Positions 49,520 to 63,552 are shown, counted from the first letter of the whole stretch. The stretch is DNA of 63,666 bases, filler included, from Basidiobolus ranarum (GCA_040143965.1; 13 parts of 13 records of this genome joined end to end with filler, not necessarily neighbours in it); one strand, 5' to 3'. Notes: generated from the sequence alone by a model not told the origin. Numbers and translations are program-made.

Positions 49520-52500
49520 TTGTTCTAATTGATAGAAATATAAAATTGATCACTTTTACCAATTTCACTTTTTCTCAAAACTTCTCAAAATCACCTTAAA
49601 TTTTCACCCTTGCTTGATAGGCATGTTTGTTATGATCTAAGCATGTCCAATAATTTTATCTCATGGTAAACTACACATAGGACATACTCATTTCAATAAA
49701 CTTCAGTGTCTAAACCAAAAATCCAAATCTAGTCCAAAACACTTGAAAGTCCCCTAAACACTTTTGTCAGGTTATGGGCCCAAGCTAGCTGTTAAAGGAG
49801 TGTCTACCAGTACTACTACCAACATTATTCATCCACAGGGTTGTTTGAATGTGAAGACTTTCAACTTTGGAAGTTTGAGATGCAAATGTTGCTGATGACA
49901 ATGACCTTAGGGGATTTGTTACAAGAGCAGAAATAGAGCCAAAGGGACCACCAGAAGCTATCCTTGCCTTTCACAAGAAGCAGAGGAAAGCATTCTCTAC
50001 ACTTTCTCTACATCTCACAGATTCTCAATCAAGGCACATACCATCAGCCAAAAGCATTCAAAATGCCTGGGAAACACTTGAGAGACTATAAAAGACTATA
50101 AGTCTAACTAATAGGATATATCATAGGTAAAAGTTATTCTCAATTTAGATGAGTTCTGATGATTCTATGCTTAATTATATAAATTGGATAAAAACTATGG
50201 CTGATCAGCTCTCATCCATCGGAGTACCTCTAAATGAAGATGTCTTAGTCATGATACCACTTGAGAGCCTGCCAGATGAGTTTTAGAATCTTGTAATTGC
50301 CTTAGAATGAAGTTTGGAGCCATTTCAACAAAATATGTTGGTGATAGGCTTTTGAGTGAGGAAGTGAGGAGTTCTAATTCTCAGCAAAATAATGCAGAAC
50401 AGCATTTTTTGAAGCAATGAAGCTTCCAACTGGGTTCAATAGTGGTGCTCCCTAATAGGAAATCAATCATCTGCAAGTATTGCAAGGAATCAGGCTGCTT
50501 AATCAAAGATTGCAGAAAAAGGAATTTTACCAAAAAGCTAAAATTGGAATAGGTAAATCTGGTAGGCACTGATGAGGTTCATCTATTTGTGTCTGCCCTA
50601 TCAGTAACTGTTGAAATTAGGTCAATAGCAACTCATTATTTAGTAGTTAGTTTATTTGTTTTCTGATCATTTCAAACTCAATTCTGTCATTCAAAAACGT
50701 GAGTTTGTTGCTCTAATTGATAGAAATGTCAATTAGATCACTTTTACCAATTTCACTATTTTCTCAAAACTTCTCCAAATCACCTCAAAATTTCACCCAT
50801 GCTTAACAGACATGTTTGCTATGATCCAAGCATGCCCAATAGTCTTATTTCATATTAAACTGTAAATTGGACATATTCAATTCAATAGAACTTAAGTGTC
50901 TAATTCACAAATCCAAATCTAAGAAGCAACCAACTGTAGCACTTTCCACTACAGAAGCAGAGCATATGGCTGCCTCTGCTACTACACAAGAAGCTATGTG
51001 GTTAAGGAAGTTATTTGCAGACTTAGAATACAGGCAAAAATGTGCTGTTACTGTATTTGAAGATAATCAAAGTTTTATTTCATTTGCTAAAAACTCTGCA
51101 TTTCATGCTAGAACAAAACATATAGATATTAGGCATCATTTTATTGGAGAAGCAATAGAAAATAACATAATTGAACTTTTCTATTGCTTTACTGAAGAAA
51201 TGATAGCTGATATCTTAGCCAAACCTTTAGCTAAAGCATAATTTGAATTATCCAGATATAAGTTAGGTTTAAGAGAAATACAAAATAATTAGTTGAGTGG
51301 GAATGTTGAAATTAGATAAATAGCAACTTATTATTTTGTAGTTAGTTTATTCATATTACAATTATTTAGCACTCAATTCTGTCATTCAAATATGTGTACT
51401 TATTCCTCTAATTGATTGAAATATTGATTTGATCACTTTTACCTTTTTTCACTATTTTCTCAAAACTTCTCCAAATCATCTCATATTTTCACCTATGCTT
51501 AACAGGCATGTTTGTTATGCTCTATGCATGTCCAATAGCTCTATTTCATAGTATACTATAAATTGGCCATAATCAATTCAATAAAACTTAAGTGTCTAAT
51601 TTACAAATTCAAATCTTGTCCCAAACACTTCCAAATTCCCTAAACACTTTTATCAGGTTATAAGCCCCAGCTAGCTGTTAAAGGAATGTCTACCAGTACT
51701 ATTAACATTGTTTTTGCATCCACAGAGAAGTTTGATGGTGAAAACTTTCACCTTTGGCAGTTCAAGATGCAAATGGTGCTAGAAGCTAAGGACCTTTGGA
51801 GATTTGTTACAGGAGAAGAAATAGAGCCAAAGGGACCACCAGAAGCTATCCTTGCCTTTTGCAAGAAGCAGAGGAAAGCACTCTCTACACTTTGTCTACA
51901 TCTCAGAGATTCTCAATTGAGGCACATACAATCAGCCAAAAACATCCAAAATGCTTGGGAAACACTTGAGTGACTATACAAGACTAAAAGTCTGGCTAAT
52001 AGGCTATATCTTAGGCAAAAATTATTCTTTATTCAGATGAATCCTGATGATTCTATGCTTAATCATATATATCAGATAAAAACTATGGCAGATCAGCTCT
52101 CATTCATTAGAGCTCCTCTAAATGAAGCTGACTTAGTCATGATACTACTTGGGAGTTTGCTAGAAGAGTTGAGGAACCTCATAATTGCACTAGAATCAAG
52201 ATCAGAGCCATTAACAATGGAATATGTTGGTGCTAGGCTTTCAAATAAAGATTTAAAGATATCTAATTCTCAGCATAATGATGTAGAACAGACATTTTTT
52301 TGACCTGTAAAACATCCAACAGGCTTCAATAATGGTGCCTCTATCTGGAAATGAAGCATCTGCAAGTAGTGCAAGAAACCAGGCTATTTAATCAAATATT
52401 GCTGATAGAGGATTTTTGCCAAAAAACTAAAATTGATACAAGCAACTCAAGTAAGCTCCTATAGAGTTCATCTATTTGTGTCTGCCCTATCAGTAACCAC

Positions 52501-53785
52501 CAATGAAGATTCAGAAACATGGTACATTGATTCAGGAGCTTCCAGGCGTATGTCAAACAGGAAACATTGGTTTTCCAGCTTAAAACCAATCCAAAAAAGA
52601 AAAGTCTACTTAAGCAATGGCTAAGCACTGGATACAGTTGGTAAGGGTGCAGTGGTATGCAACTTAGACCAAAATTCAGCTACACCATCTGTAAAATTAG
52701 ATGATGTATTCAATGTACCAAATATAGCCAAGTATCTACTCTCAGAAAGCCAAGCAACAACTCAAGGATTAAATTTTGTGTTCAGTAAGGTCAGATGCAC
52801 TATCACAGATCAGAATAATACCAAACTAGCTACTGGGATCAAAACTCAAAACTTATACAAGCTAGTAATCAATAAATTGTATTCTGAGCATGCAAAATTT
52901 GCCAAAACAGGTGAAATAAGTTGTGAAATGGGGCATAGCAGATTAGGCCATACTGGGAAACAAAAACTGACCTAAATGTTTCAAAATCAGCTTGTTGCAT
53001 GCCTGTAAATTGGAAATATCACTACATTGGATCTGTGTGAAAATTGCATATATGGACAACATCACAGACAGCTGTTTTCAAGCTCTGGAGATATCAAATC
53101 CACTCAGAATTGGCCCTGATTCATTCTGAAATATGTGGGCCCATGAAAATGTCACACTGGGTGAGAAAAGGAACTTTATGACCTTTATTGATGATAAAAC
53201 AAGATATACTTTGGTATTCTTTCTCATATCAAAATCCAAAGCCATTGCTACATTTCAGCACTAAAAAACAATGGTAGAGAAGAATCAGCACAAAAAATTA
53301 GGGTACTTAGGAGTGATGATGGTGGTGAATACCGCTCTAAAGACTCTAATAGCTTTTGCTTTGAACATGGAATTAAGCAACAAACTACTGTACCTTATAC
53401 TCCACAGCAAAATGGAGTTGCAGAATTTGCTAATAGACCAAAGTGGAGATGCAAGATCAATGTTGCATGATCAAAAGTTAGTTTACTAGTATTGGGCTGG
53501 ATCTGTCTCCACTGCAGTCTATATTGAAAACAGATGCCCAACAAGATTGCTATAAAATTCTACTCCATTTGAAGCCCTGTATAGATCAAAACCAAGTGTG
53601 GATGATCTCAGGATTGTTGGTTGCACAGCATATTGCCTAATTCCAGCTCAGAAACTCTCAAAGTTGGAACCCAAAGGCAGAAAATACATATTTCTTGGTT
53701 ACTGTGATGGATCCAAGGCCTACAGACTGTTTAATACAAAAAATCAGAAGTTGTTCAAGTGCAGAGATGTGACTTTTGATGAAAA
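49520..53785 (+). mobile_element. Nested/tandem Ty1/Copia cluster
   Basis: In order: partial LTR to 49769, PBS, gag (to 50608), nested truncated LTR 50609-~50920, RNase H, PPT, full LTR 51304-51655, PBS, gag (KFDGENFHLWQFKMQMVL), protease WYIDSGAS, integrase. Confidence 0.92.
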
Positions 53786-54299
53786 GACTTGTTCCATCGG
53801 ACCAGGTCAGATCGTGCCGCTTGATTCAGCCTGCTAGTACACCATCTGGCGTGATCTGTCAATTACCATGGCTGGGTCCTATAACACTNNNNNNNNNNNN
53901 NNNNNNNNNNNNNNNNNNNNNNNNNNNNNNNNTTAATTAATTAANNNNNNNNNNNNNNNNNNNNNNNNNNNNNNNNNNNNNNNNNNNNAGCTTGTCTACC
54001 TTGGGGTTGGTGTTTCACTGATGTGGTTTCTTCAAGCTCAGTGAGAGCTTCACTAACTCTCAAACACCCATTGTCTTAGTCTTGTGGGGGTTTGCATTGT
54101 AATGGATTGCTGTCTTAGTCATTTGCTCTCAGGTGTCAGATCTTCATCCAACAAAGTGGAAGATACAATAAATTTGCAGTTGGCCTTTGTGGATGGCACA
54201 TGGTAGTATGCATTAAACCAGTTCTAATGGTGAGTGGTGTAGATTTTACTGTGAAATAGAAATCTTGTCAGGAGTCTCTTTGAGTTGGAGCAAACTAGT

Positions 54300-55100
54300 A
54301 CATCTGTGTAATATACCTGGCCTGCTCCAATTTGCCCTTAGGAATATCTTCTGATTCAATAAATTGTCTTGCTTTCCTCTTTACACCTGTGTCATTTACT
54401 CATGCCATAGTGTCCTGAAATGTTGTTATGAACTCTATAACCTCCATCAACAGTTGCTGCAAAGTCTCATTGAGTAATGGTAGATTTCTATGTGGAGCTT
54501 CTATTGTCTCTAGAGTTATAGCTGCAATGGTTTCTTCCAGTCCATACCAGCAAAAAACACAATATCCAAGCAAGAATTTATAGATACCTGGGCATTTGAA
54601 AAATCATCAGGCACATGCAGCTTTCACCACTTAAACCTTTATTCAACTGCACATGTGAAATTTTGGAAGTGATGGCTACCTGTACCCAAGTAGGTTGTGA
54701 ATCAGTAAGAATCTGTTTTGACATGATATGTAGCTATGTATGTATCAATGATGTTACACTTTAATGGTTTCAACAGAATCAGGGATCTTTAAATATTTTT
54801 AGTGATACATGTCAAAGTTAATTTTGTACAATGTAATCAGTGTGATGGATTCCACATTGAGCCATTTTGAAATGGATGTCTAACAAATAGTTTCAGATCA
54901 AAATGTGCTTAACTTTGTGGATACAGTATATTTCATAATTTCCATGCAATTTTTCATAATTGAAATAATCAGGATAATAAATGCAAGCAGAAACTTTATT
55001 ATACAAAATGTAGGGAATTTTGCAATGATGCCCTATCAAAAATCTAAGGATTGTGATCATAGGAAAACTGTCACAATTTTAATCCATTTTGGATTGACTA
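54300..55100 (-). mobile_element. Possible Mutator-like transposase remnant
   Basis: Frameshifted AQCGIHH..PTWVQ..HHFQNFTCAVE resembles the MULE C..H / W..HFGN.T..VE motifs; CpG-depleted. Confidence 0.3.
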
Positions 55101-55464
55101 TTTACTTACACTCATCATAAATCACAAGCAAGGTTTGATTTTAATCAATTTTTTCAGTTTGAGGAGTGAAATTTTTAGATCATGCAAGATAGTTGCACAT
55201 GATTGGCTACAATCTCAGAGAACTATGGATTAACACATGTGTGAAATGTTTAACTCAAATTTTACACATTTTCCACTTAAATGCTAGTTTGTCACTTTTA
55301 AATTCCCTGGTTTCTTCACTATATTCTTCTGAATATTTTTATAGAGTGCTGCATTTCTAAGCATTAACTCATTTCCAACACAAGTTTGTATCAATATCTC
55401 CATCATTGTCCACCATTGTATCAACATTGCTGATTTAATTTTCTTCCTGCTATCTGGTGGATAC

Positions 55465-58400
55465 TGTTGAAATTAGGTAAATAGCAACTCATTATTTAGC
55501 AGTTAGTTTATTCATATACTGATAATTTAGCACTCCATTCTGCCATTCAATAATGTGTGTTTATTGCTCTAATTAATATAGATATTAATTATATCACTTT
55601 TACTAATTTTCACTATTTTCTCAAAACTTCTCCAAATCATCTCACATGTTCACCCATGCTTAGCAGCTATGTTTGTTATGATTTAAGCATGTCCAATAGT
55701 CCAATTACATGGTAAACTATAAATAGGACATATTCAATTTAATAAAACAAAGCGTCTAATTCACAAATGCAAACTTGTCTAAAACAATTCCAAGTACCCT
55801 AAACACTTTTATCAGGTTATGAGCCACAGCTAACTGCTAAAGGATGTCTACCATTAGTATTACCAACATTTTTTCATTACCCAAAAGTTTGATGGTAAAG
55901 ACTTCCACCTCTGGAAGTACAAGATGCAAATGGTGCTAGAAGACAAGGACCTTTGGGGATTTGTTACAGGAGAAGATATAGTGCCAAAGGGACTACCAGA
56001 AGCTATCCTTGCCTTTTGCAAGAAGCAGTGGAAAGTACTCTCTACACTTTGTCTACATCTCCAAGACTTGCAATTGAGGCAAATACAATTATCCAAAAAC
56101 ATTCACAATGCTTGTGAAACACTTGAGGAACTATATGAGACTAAAAGTCTGGCTAAAAGGCACTATCTTACGCAAAGATTACTCTCAATTCAGTAGAATT
56201 CTGATGAATCTATGCTTAATCATAAAAAATCAGATAAAAACTATGGCAGATCAGCTCTCATCCATTGGAGCACTTCTAAACAAAGATAACTTAGTCATGA
56301 CACTACTTGGGAGCGTGCCAGATGAGTTCAAGAGCCTCATAATTGCCCCAGAATGAAGATCAGAGCCATTAACAATGAAATATAGAGGTGCTAGGCTTTT
56401 GAATGAAGAATTAAGGAGATCTATTCTCAGCAAAATAATGCAGAACAGGTTCTTTTTCAAGCTGCATAATGTCTAACAGGCTTCAAGAATGATGCCCCTA
56501 TTGGGAAATCAATCATCTGCAAGTGATGTGAAAATCAGGCTGTATTATCAAAGATTCCCAAAAAAGGATTTTGCCAAAAGTCTAAAATCAGTACAAGCAA
56601 GTCAAGCAAGCACTGATAGGGATCATCTATATGTGTCTGCCCTATCACCAACCACTAAAGAAGACTCAGAAATATGGTACATTGATTCAGGAGCTTCCCA
56701 GCATAAGTCAAACAGGAAAGATTGGTTTTCCAGCTTAAAACCTAACCAAACATGGAAAGTCTGCTTAGGTGCTGACTATGCACTGGATGCAGTTGGTAAA
56801 GCTACAGTTGTACTCATTTTAGACCAAAATTCAGCTACACCATCTGCAAAATTGGACAATGTACTCTATGTACCCAGTATAGCCAAGAATCTACTGTCCA
56901 TTAGCCAAGCAACAACTCAGGGACTAAATTGCATGTCCAGTAAGTCTGGATGTACTATCATAGGTCAGAATAATACCAAATTAGCCACTGGGATCAAAAC
57001 TCAAAACCTATACATGCAGGTAATCAAAAAATTGCCTTCTGAGCATGCAAACATAGCCAGAAATTGGGGAAACAAGCTGTCAAACATAGCATAGAAGACT
57101 AAGCCACATTGGGTAATAAAAACTGACCCAAATGACCCAAAATCAGCTTGTTTCAGGCTTAGAAATTGGAAATATACTAAATTGGAGCTGTGTGAAGGTT
57201 TCATATATGGAGAATATGACAGACAGCCATTTTCAAGCTCTGGAGTGATCAGATGCACTCAGAATTTTGCCCTGGTTTATTCTGATCTATGTGGGCCAAT
57301 GAAAAACATCTCAGCAGGTGGTAAAAGATACTTTGTGACCATTATTGTTGACAAAACAAGATATACTGGGGTATTCTTTCTCAAATCAAAATCTGAAGCC
57401 TTAGCTACATTCAAGTAGTACAAAGCAATGGCAGAGAAAGATTCAGCACAAAAAAAAAGGGTACTAAGGAGTGAAAATGGTGGGAATACTATGCAAAAGG
57501 CTTTACCAGTTTTTGTCCTAAACATGGAATTAAGCAACAAACTACTTTACCTTATACTCCACAGCAAAATGGAGTTGCAAAGTGCACTAATAGGACCATT
57601 GTGGAGATGCCAAGATCAATGTTACATGACCAAAAGTTAGATTACCAATTTTGGGCTGAATCTGGCTCCACTGCAGTCTATATCAAAAACAGATGCCCAA
57701 CAAGATTGCTATAAATTCTACCCCATTGAAAGCCCTATATGGATCAAAACCAAGTGTGGATCATCTCAGGATCTTTGATTGCAGACCATATTGGCTAATT
57801 TTGGCTCAAAAATGCTCTGAATTAGAACCAAAAGTAGAAAATGCATGTTTCTTGGTTACTGTGATGGATCTAAGGCCTACAGAATGTTTGATATCAAAAA
57901 TTGGAAGTTAAACAAGTTCAGAGATGTGATTTTTGAACATACAGCAACTTTTTCATCTCAAATCACAGTTCTTCATCCAGAAAACAGAATCAGCACTATT
58001 CAGGAAGTGTCTGAAAAGATTCCAGCTGTATCAGAGTACTATTCAACCAATATTTCAGTCCTAATTACATCAGAGGATGATTCAGGACCTAGAAGAATAT
58101 CCAGAAGGAGAAATAAGCCAGGAAACTGGTGGAACATTTCCAATGATGATGTATATGCTTAGGCAGCATTCTGTGACTAGCCACAGACTCTAGATCAAGC
58201 TTGGGAGTGTCCAGAATCAAAATTATGGAAAAAAGCAATGTCAAATTAGCTTTCTTTACTTCAGGATAATAAAAGGTGGGTTTTAGCTCCTCTTCCATCA
58301 GGTAGAAAGCCAATATGTTGCAAGTAAAGTCAAAAACCAAGCTGATGGAACCATCAAATGGCACAGATCCAGGTAGTTGCAAAAGGCTGTTCCCAAACTC

Positions 58401-58778
58401 CAGGAGTTGATTTTAATGAAACTTTTAACTCAGTAGCCATGATTAGCTCCATTCGAACAATCCTGGCCCTCTTGGCCATCCATAACCTTGATTTACATCA
58501 AACGGATGTAAAAACATTCTTTCTGAATGGAAATCTAGAAGAAGAGATCTTTATGGAGCAACCAGATGAATTTGTTGACCCAAAACATCCTTGTATGGTC
58601 TGAAAACCGCAAAGATTGCTATATGGACTCAATCAAGAACACAGGGCATGGTACAACAAGATTGATACCTATTTGGAAACTCTGGAATTCCAAAAATGCA
58701 CAGCAGATCACAGTATTTACATCAAAACAACTAAGAATAGGATTCTTATCTTGGCACTGTATGTGGATGAATACCTAA
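55465..58778 (+). mobile_element. Ty1/Copia: 5' LTR (55465-55814), PBS, gag, protease, integrase and RT to contig end; frameshifted
   Basis: TG..CA 350-bp LTR, GGTTATGAGCC, WYIDSGASQH, VYSDLCGPM, VAKGCSQTPGVDFNETF, LHQTDVKTFFLNG and LALYVDEYL. Confidence 0.95.
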
Positions 58779-60349
58779 NNNNNNNNNNNNNNNNNNNNNN
58801 NNNNNNNNNNNNNNNNNNNNNNTTAATTAATTAANNNNNNNNNNNNNNNNNNNNNNNNNNNNNNNNNNNNNNNNNNNNGCCTGGGTCAGGGCCATCCCCT
58901 GGATAGTCACGCTAAAAACAATATTAGTCGCTGTACCCTCATGGTACGGGCGGGGGAGATTGATTCGAAAATCAGAGGGAGAAATGATGCAAGCGACGTA
59001 TGTAGTTGGGACGGAGATTTTTAGGTGATGCAGAAAATAGAACTTGTAGAGTTCCATTCAGTTACTCTCCTGATTCTATTTTAGTGGCATGTGCGTCAAA
59101 CGATTTCTTAAGGGGGATTCAGATCACTTGAGATGCCTTTAGAAATGGTGATCCGCCAAATGTATTAGTTCATTTAATCATATTTGGAGTTGTTTGAAAT
59201 CCTACCGCAACTCTACGTAATGAACGAATAAAGCCTTCAATAAATCATGGTCTGGGCTTTCCATCCCAGTGGAGGTCACTCGGGATGGCCACCCGGTTTT
59301 GTTTCATATTCTTTACTCTTATTGTAGAGATGGTAGCCAAGGAAACACTTTCCCCTACTTCGATGCACTAGAATTGCTCCGCTTACGCATACCTTCATAT
59401 TTCTAATAAAAGGGTTTATTACCTGTGAGAATCCTTACAAGAGCTTTGTTCCAATATAACTTCAGGTTTGGCTTAATCGACATCGACATTGAGTCTGTCA
59501 CTCAAATGAACGTAATTGATCATTGATCATGAAGTCTACAAATGTCCTGCAAACTGCGACAGGTGGTTTCCAGAAGTAAAATATTGAAGGTGGCTGAGTG
59601 ATATTTGGCCGTTTGTGGAAGAATCGCCAAACCAGATTTGTAATCTTACTTAATGGATTGTATGAGTTATTGTCGAGCGAAAGTCCCGTGCCACCAATTT
59701 TTGCTTTGACCAGATGTTTGTTTGGCAACGAAACCATTGGGGAAAGGTGAGAAGGGGCAAAATGGAAGTAGTTGCTGAACAAATCACGAAAAAACCGGCA
59801 TTGCCAAATTGGTGTAATCCTTCGGTGTCGGTGAAGCAACTCTCTGGATAATTCTCTAAGTATTACAAATGATCAGGTATTACCAGTCTTTGCAGCTTGG
59901 ATGATGCACAATTTCAATGCATAAAAAATACTTTTATTAATGCTTAAACTTAGGACGGCGATGCGTATATCTATATACATTCCCTATTCTATCTTGTGTG
60001 CTTTTGGAGTCAGGTTCGTAATAGTCGTACATGGGACCCACAAGGAGGTACAAACGTTTAAACTAGCCTCTCTCTTAGTCAGAGCCCTGTGTTTAGTTGC
60101 ATAATCGCATGTCGGCCGTCAAATACCGTCTGCAATATCTCATTGATAAGTGCACAATCTAAAAATCTTGTCATTCGTTGACAATCCTGAGCCTTATAGC
60201 TTAACGAATGCTGACGGGATAGGGCTAGAAAAGCTAGAAACCGTCGCCCTTATTTAAGGCATGACAAGAAACTCTTCTTGCCTTATAATTCAGTCATAAC
60301 TTTGGATCTACCAGTGTTACCAATCTGCTCAGAAATTGTGTAACTGAGG

Positions 60350-62950
60350 ATAAAGGGGTATTTATGATATTCGCCATCATAGAATTTGATATTGAATATG
60401 TGTAACATTAAACTTCGAAGCATCTAGGATTATCCAGCTGTGTATTGATCCACCACACATCGATAAAATTGAGATAAGCCATGTTTCATGTGGATTGACC
60501 CTGTTGGTTGGGTAAACAGCAGGAATGATCTCGTGTTTTATCGATAGGTCAGTGACTGGGGGTTTTATCATATTAGTAACCTGTATTGGTGGACAGATGA
60601 GGTGAATAGGCCGACAATCTCGTTATGAGCGACATTATAGCACTCGGAATTAAGCATTGCTTTGCCGTTACGACTGGAGCACAAATAAGTCTCTCATGTT
60701 ACGACTTTATCTTCTCATCGTTGATATTGATGTAAAGATCGACGAACATGATATCTACAGTATATACATCCGAAGTCATCGATCATAATTCTCCCTAAGC
60801 CACACGTGCTTATGATGGTGTTTGGGAAATAGAAACTTTCGTGATGCCACTCATTGGGCTTTTACCCTTAAATACCACTATTTTAGCGAGAATTAACTTG
60901 ATGAAGAGAAGGATATGATATACCAAGTATACTTTATATGGCATTGATCGGGAGCAAACACATGATTCTTACTTGGCGATTATCCAGTGTTGGATGGGAT
61001 CCTTGCTCATCATGATATGGTTGACTACACAGTCAATATTAATAAGAGTTGCACCTAAGTACTTGTACATCGGGTACTGTAAACCATCCTACGCATTAGT
61101 TGCTCAACATTGGCTGCTGGATCAGGATATCTGTACACTATTTGTCCGATGGTCTGATTAGCGAATAAATTCGTAAGCCTTTCAAACGGGAATGGCCCAG
61201 CCGCTTGACTGTAATATCCAAGCCCACCAAGGTGCTGGCACTATAGGTCATGGTTCGGTGTGTGTTAGCTACTTCACCACTAGAGTTATTGTCAATAATT
61301 TAAACCGGAAGTTATAACACTCGACGGTGCGTTACATCTAGTAGATACTCTTCAGTATCTCCATTATCACATGGTATTAAGTTTGTATATTGAATCCAGG
61401 GCTGTTGGCTCTTACCCCAGCATCTATTGTTAGAGATGAAGAGTTTGGGCACTCTATGATGATCGCATTCTAAACGAAATTGTCTCCAGGTTTCCCTGCT
61501 GAACTGGAATATTCTTGCCTACAAATAGACTTCCCAGATGGACGTTTCTTTCGCTGATGCGTTTCGGAGCTGAAACTGTTCATGGTCACAAACAATTGAT
61601 ACATTTGTTACCTTTTGAGCCAATGAGTGATTGCGCTGGAAAATAAAACTCAGCGTTGGATCTCAAGCTAACTGGGAATAACCTTAATGACTGAATGGAT
61701 TCAAGTCTAATAAAGACATCATTAGCCTGATTTCTGCACATATGAGTGTGAAACTATCGTGTCGTCAGAGATTCCGACCTGATTTCGGAGATTTGGTTCT
61801 AGTTGGAAGAGATTGTTGTGCTCCTCTGACACAGATCACTAGTGCGCTGGATACAAGACAAGGTAACCAGGAGAATAATCGGAGAACAATAGGCTTGGCA
61901 GCTACTCTGCAATCTCCCAGATGTGCAACTCCACCCCACATGTATGGCGTTCATCCCAAAAGCTCAATAATAAAGATGTGATTATCGATATTAAATGGCA
62001 ATCTCTGATCAGTCGAGGTAGCATATGGGGTGGGTAGGATCAATCGTATCCGGAACTGACAATAATTAGCTCGGCACTCCAATTAGACATGAATTTAGTG
62101 TTTCTAAATATTCTCGCTGTTACACACTAGAGTTTTGCGGTCTGTAACTGTCTCATTCGTTCAATTCATTCAATTGTAGGGCTTAGCAGCTGCACTGGTT
62201 GGAATCTGGCCAAGCTTTGGTTTAAGAATGATTGAAAGCAGAATGGAGGTCGATCCGCAGTCCGCCTCGCCAAAAAACCCCTTTACGTAAGCTCATTGTT
62301 CGATCAGAATGCGTACAACCCTGGATCCTGTTTACGCCAAAATAACTTGTATAGGGTGTTGGAATCAGTTAGACTGTAACCATGACTCAATATATATTTC
62401 AAACATCAAATATAGTGAGATCCGAAGACTACCAAGTAACCATCATTTTGAATAGTTTTACCCGACAATCAGCATTTGAACTGTTGTGGGAAATTTCTAC
62501 ATAAATATATGAATACCCTGAGATATTGGCGGAGGGCTTGGGAAGTGACTGGCGTTGTCCGTATTTGAAAGCATGTGATACAAGTGCCTTGGTTTACATG
62601 ATCCTACTCAAATATCAATCAATCGGTGAGTTGAGTCACAGGCTTAAGTTACTTACATCTATTTTACCTACACAACGTATGGTAAATACCATGATATTTG
62701 TTTTTGAAATAATGCAACAAACAGTCAGGTCTAATTTTCTAAAGATCTCTCTTGAGTGGCGGTATTTCTTTCAAAATATTTGGTTGAGATATCCTTTTCC
62801 AGACCATACGCAACATAGGGTTGAGATCATTGTTTCAAGTCATGCTCTATAGCCTGTATCTCTTGATTCCTACTTCTACCAAATTCTTATGAGGGGCAAA
62901 AGGACGAGCATCACCTTCAGAGGAAATCAACGAAGCGAAAATACGAGCCT
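60350..62950 (-). pseudogene. Endogenous viral element: second eroded mononegavirus-like L gene (premotif A through capping and methyltransferase regions)
   Basis: Collinear on minus: ARPFA (62909), FVAL-FQK, LPKPSANISGY, SDRTMSLRKGVFWRGGL, PYMWGG (61947), SW (61869), SGRNL*RHD (~61770), SFIFQ (~61645), then PYKV, DIMFVD (~60750) and PHETW (~60490). Confidence 0.55.
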
Positions 62951-63552
62951 ATGCTAGGGTTATTATTAAATCACACTACTTGATTTTATGTGTATTATGA
63001 AAATAAAAATGATAATGGACAATTGGGATTGACTTGTTCCATCATACGTAAACTCAGAAACTATTTCAAACTACTCATACTACAAAATCTATTTTTCAAA
63101 TGGTAATTCCTCTGCATTCACTGCATGATTTAACTTCAGTTCTAATACACAGCTTAATCAGATATTGTGTGCTATATACATTTGTAGTCAGCACTAACAG
63201 TAAATCAGATTTGAGCTTACATGTTTAATTTACTTTTTTGCCTGTAACTATTTTCTAGCTCTCTCTGTCATTACAGACAATCATGTATTTTGTTCAAACA
63301 TGGCCAGGCATATGTCAAAGTGTTCAATTTTTGAGTTTCTTGTCTCTATACCTTGATTGGTCGTCTCATTGCTCACACATCATCTGGAACTCCATTTTTA
63401 TGAGATGAGCTTTTGGATTATTTTAATAGCTTTCTTTCAATTTCAGGAAATAAAATATTGAAGAAGTACATATAACATATTAACAGTTTGGCTAGATTTC
63501 GCTATACTTGGGATAAAGATAGTACTTAAAAAAGTGAGTTCACAGTAGTTAT

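Noticed and set aside
4825-58878. Regularly spaced TTAATTAATTAA units flanked by N, resembling a repeat array
   Set aside because: They are artificial linkers. ORFs running into X residues and any cross-contig clustering (e.g. NRPS with TMEM184, P450 with lipase) are not biological.
59944-59956. TAAACTTAGGA resembling a mononegaviral gene junction
   Set aside because: A single short match on the strand opposite to the L-like fossil; chance is not excluded.
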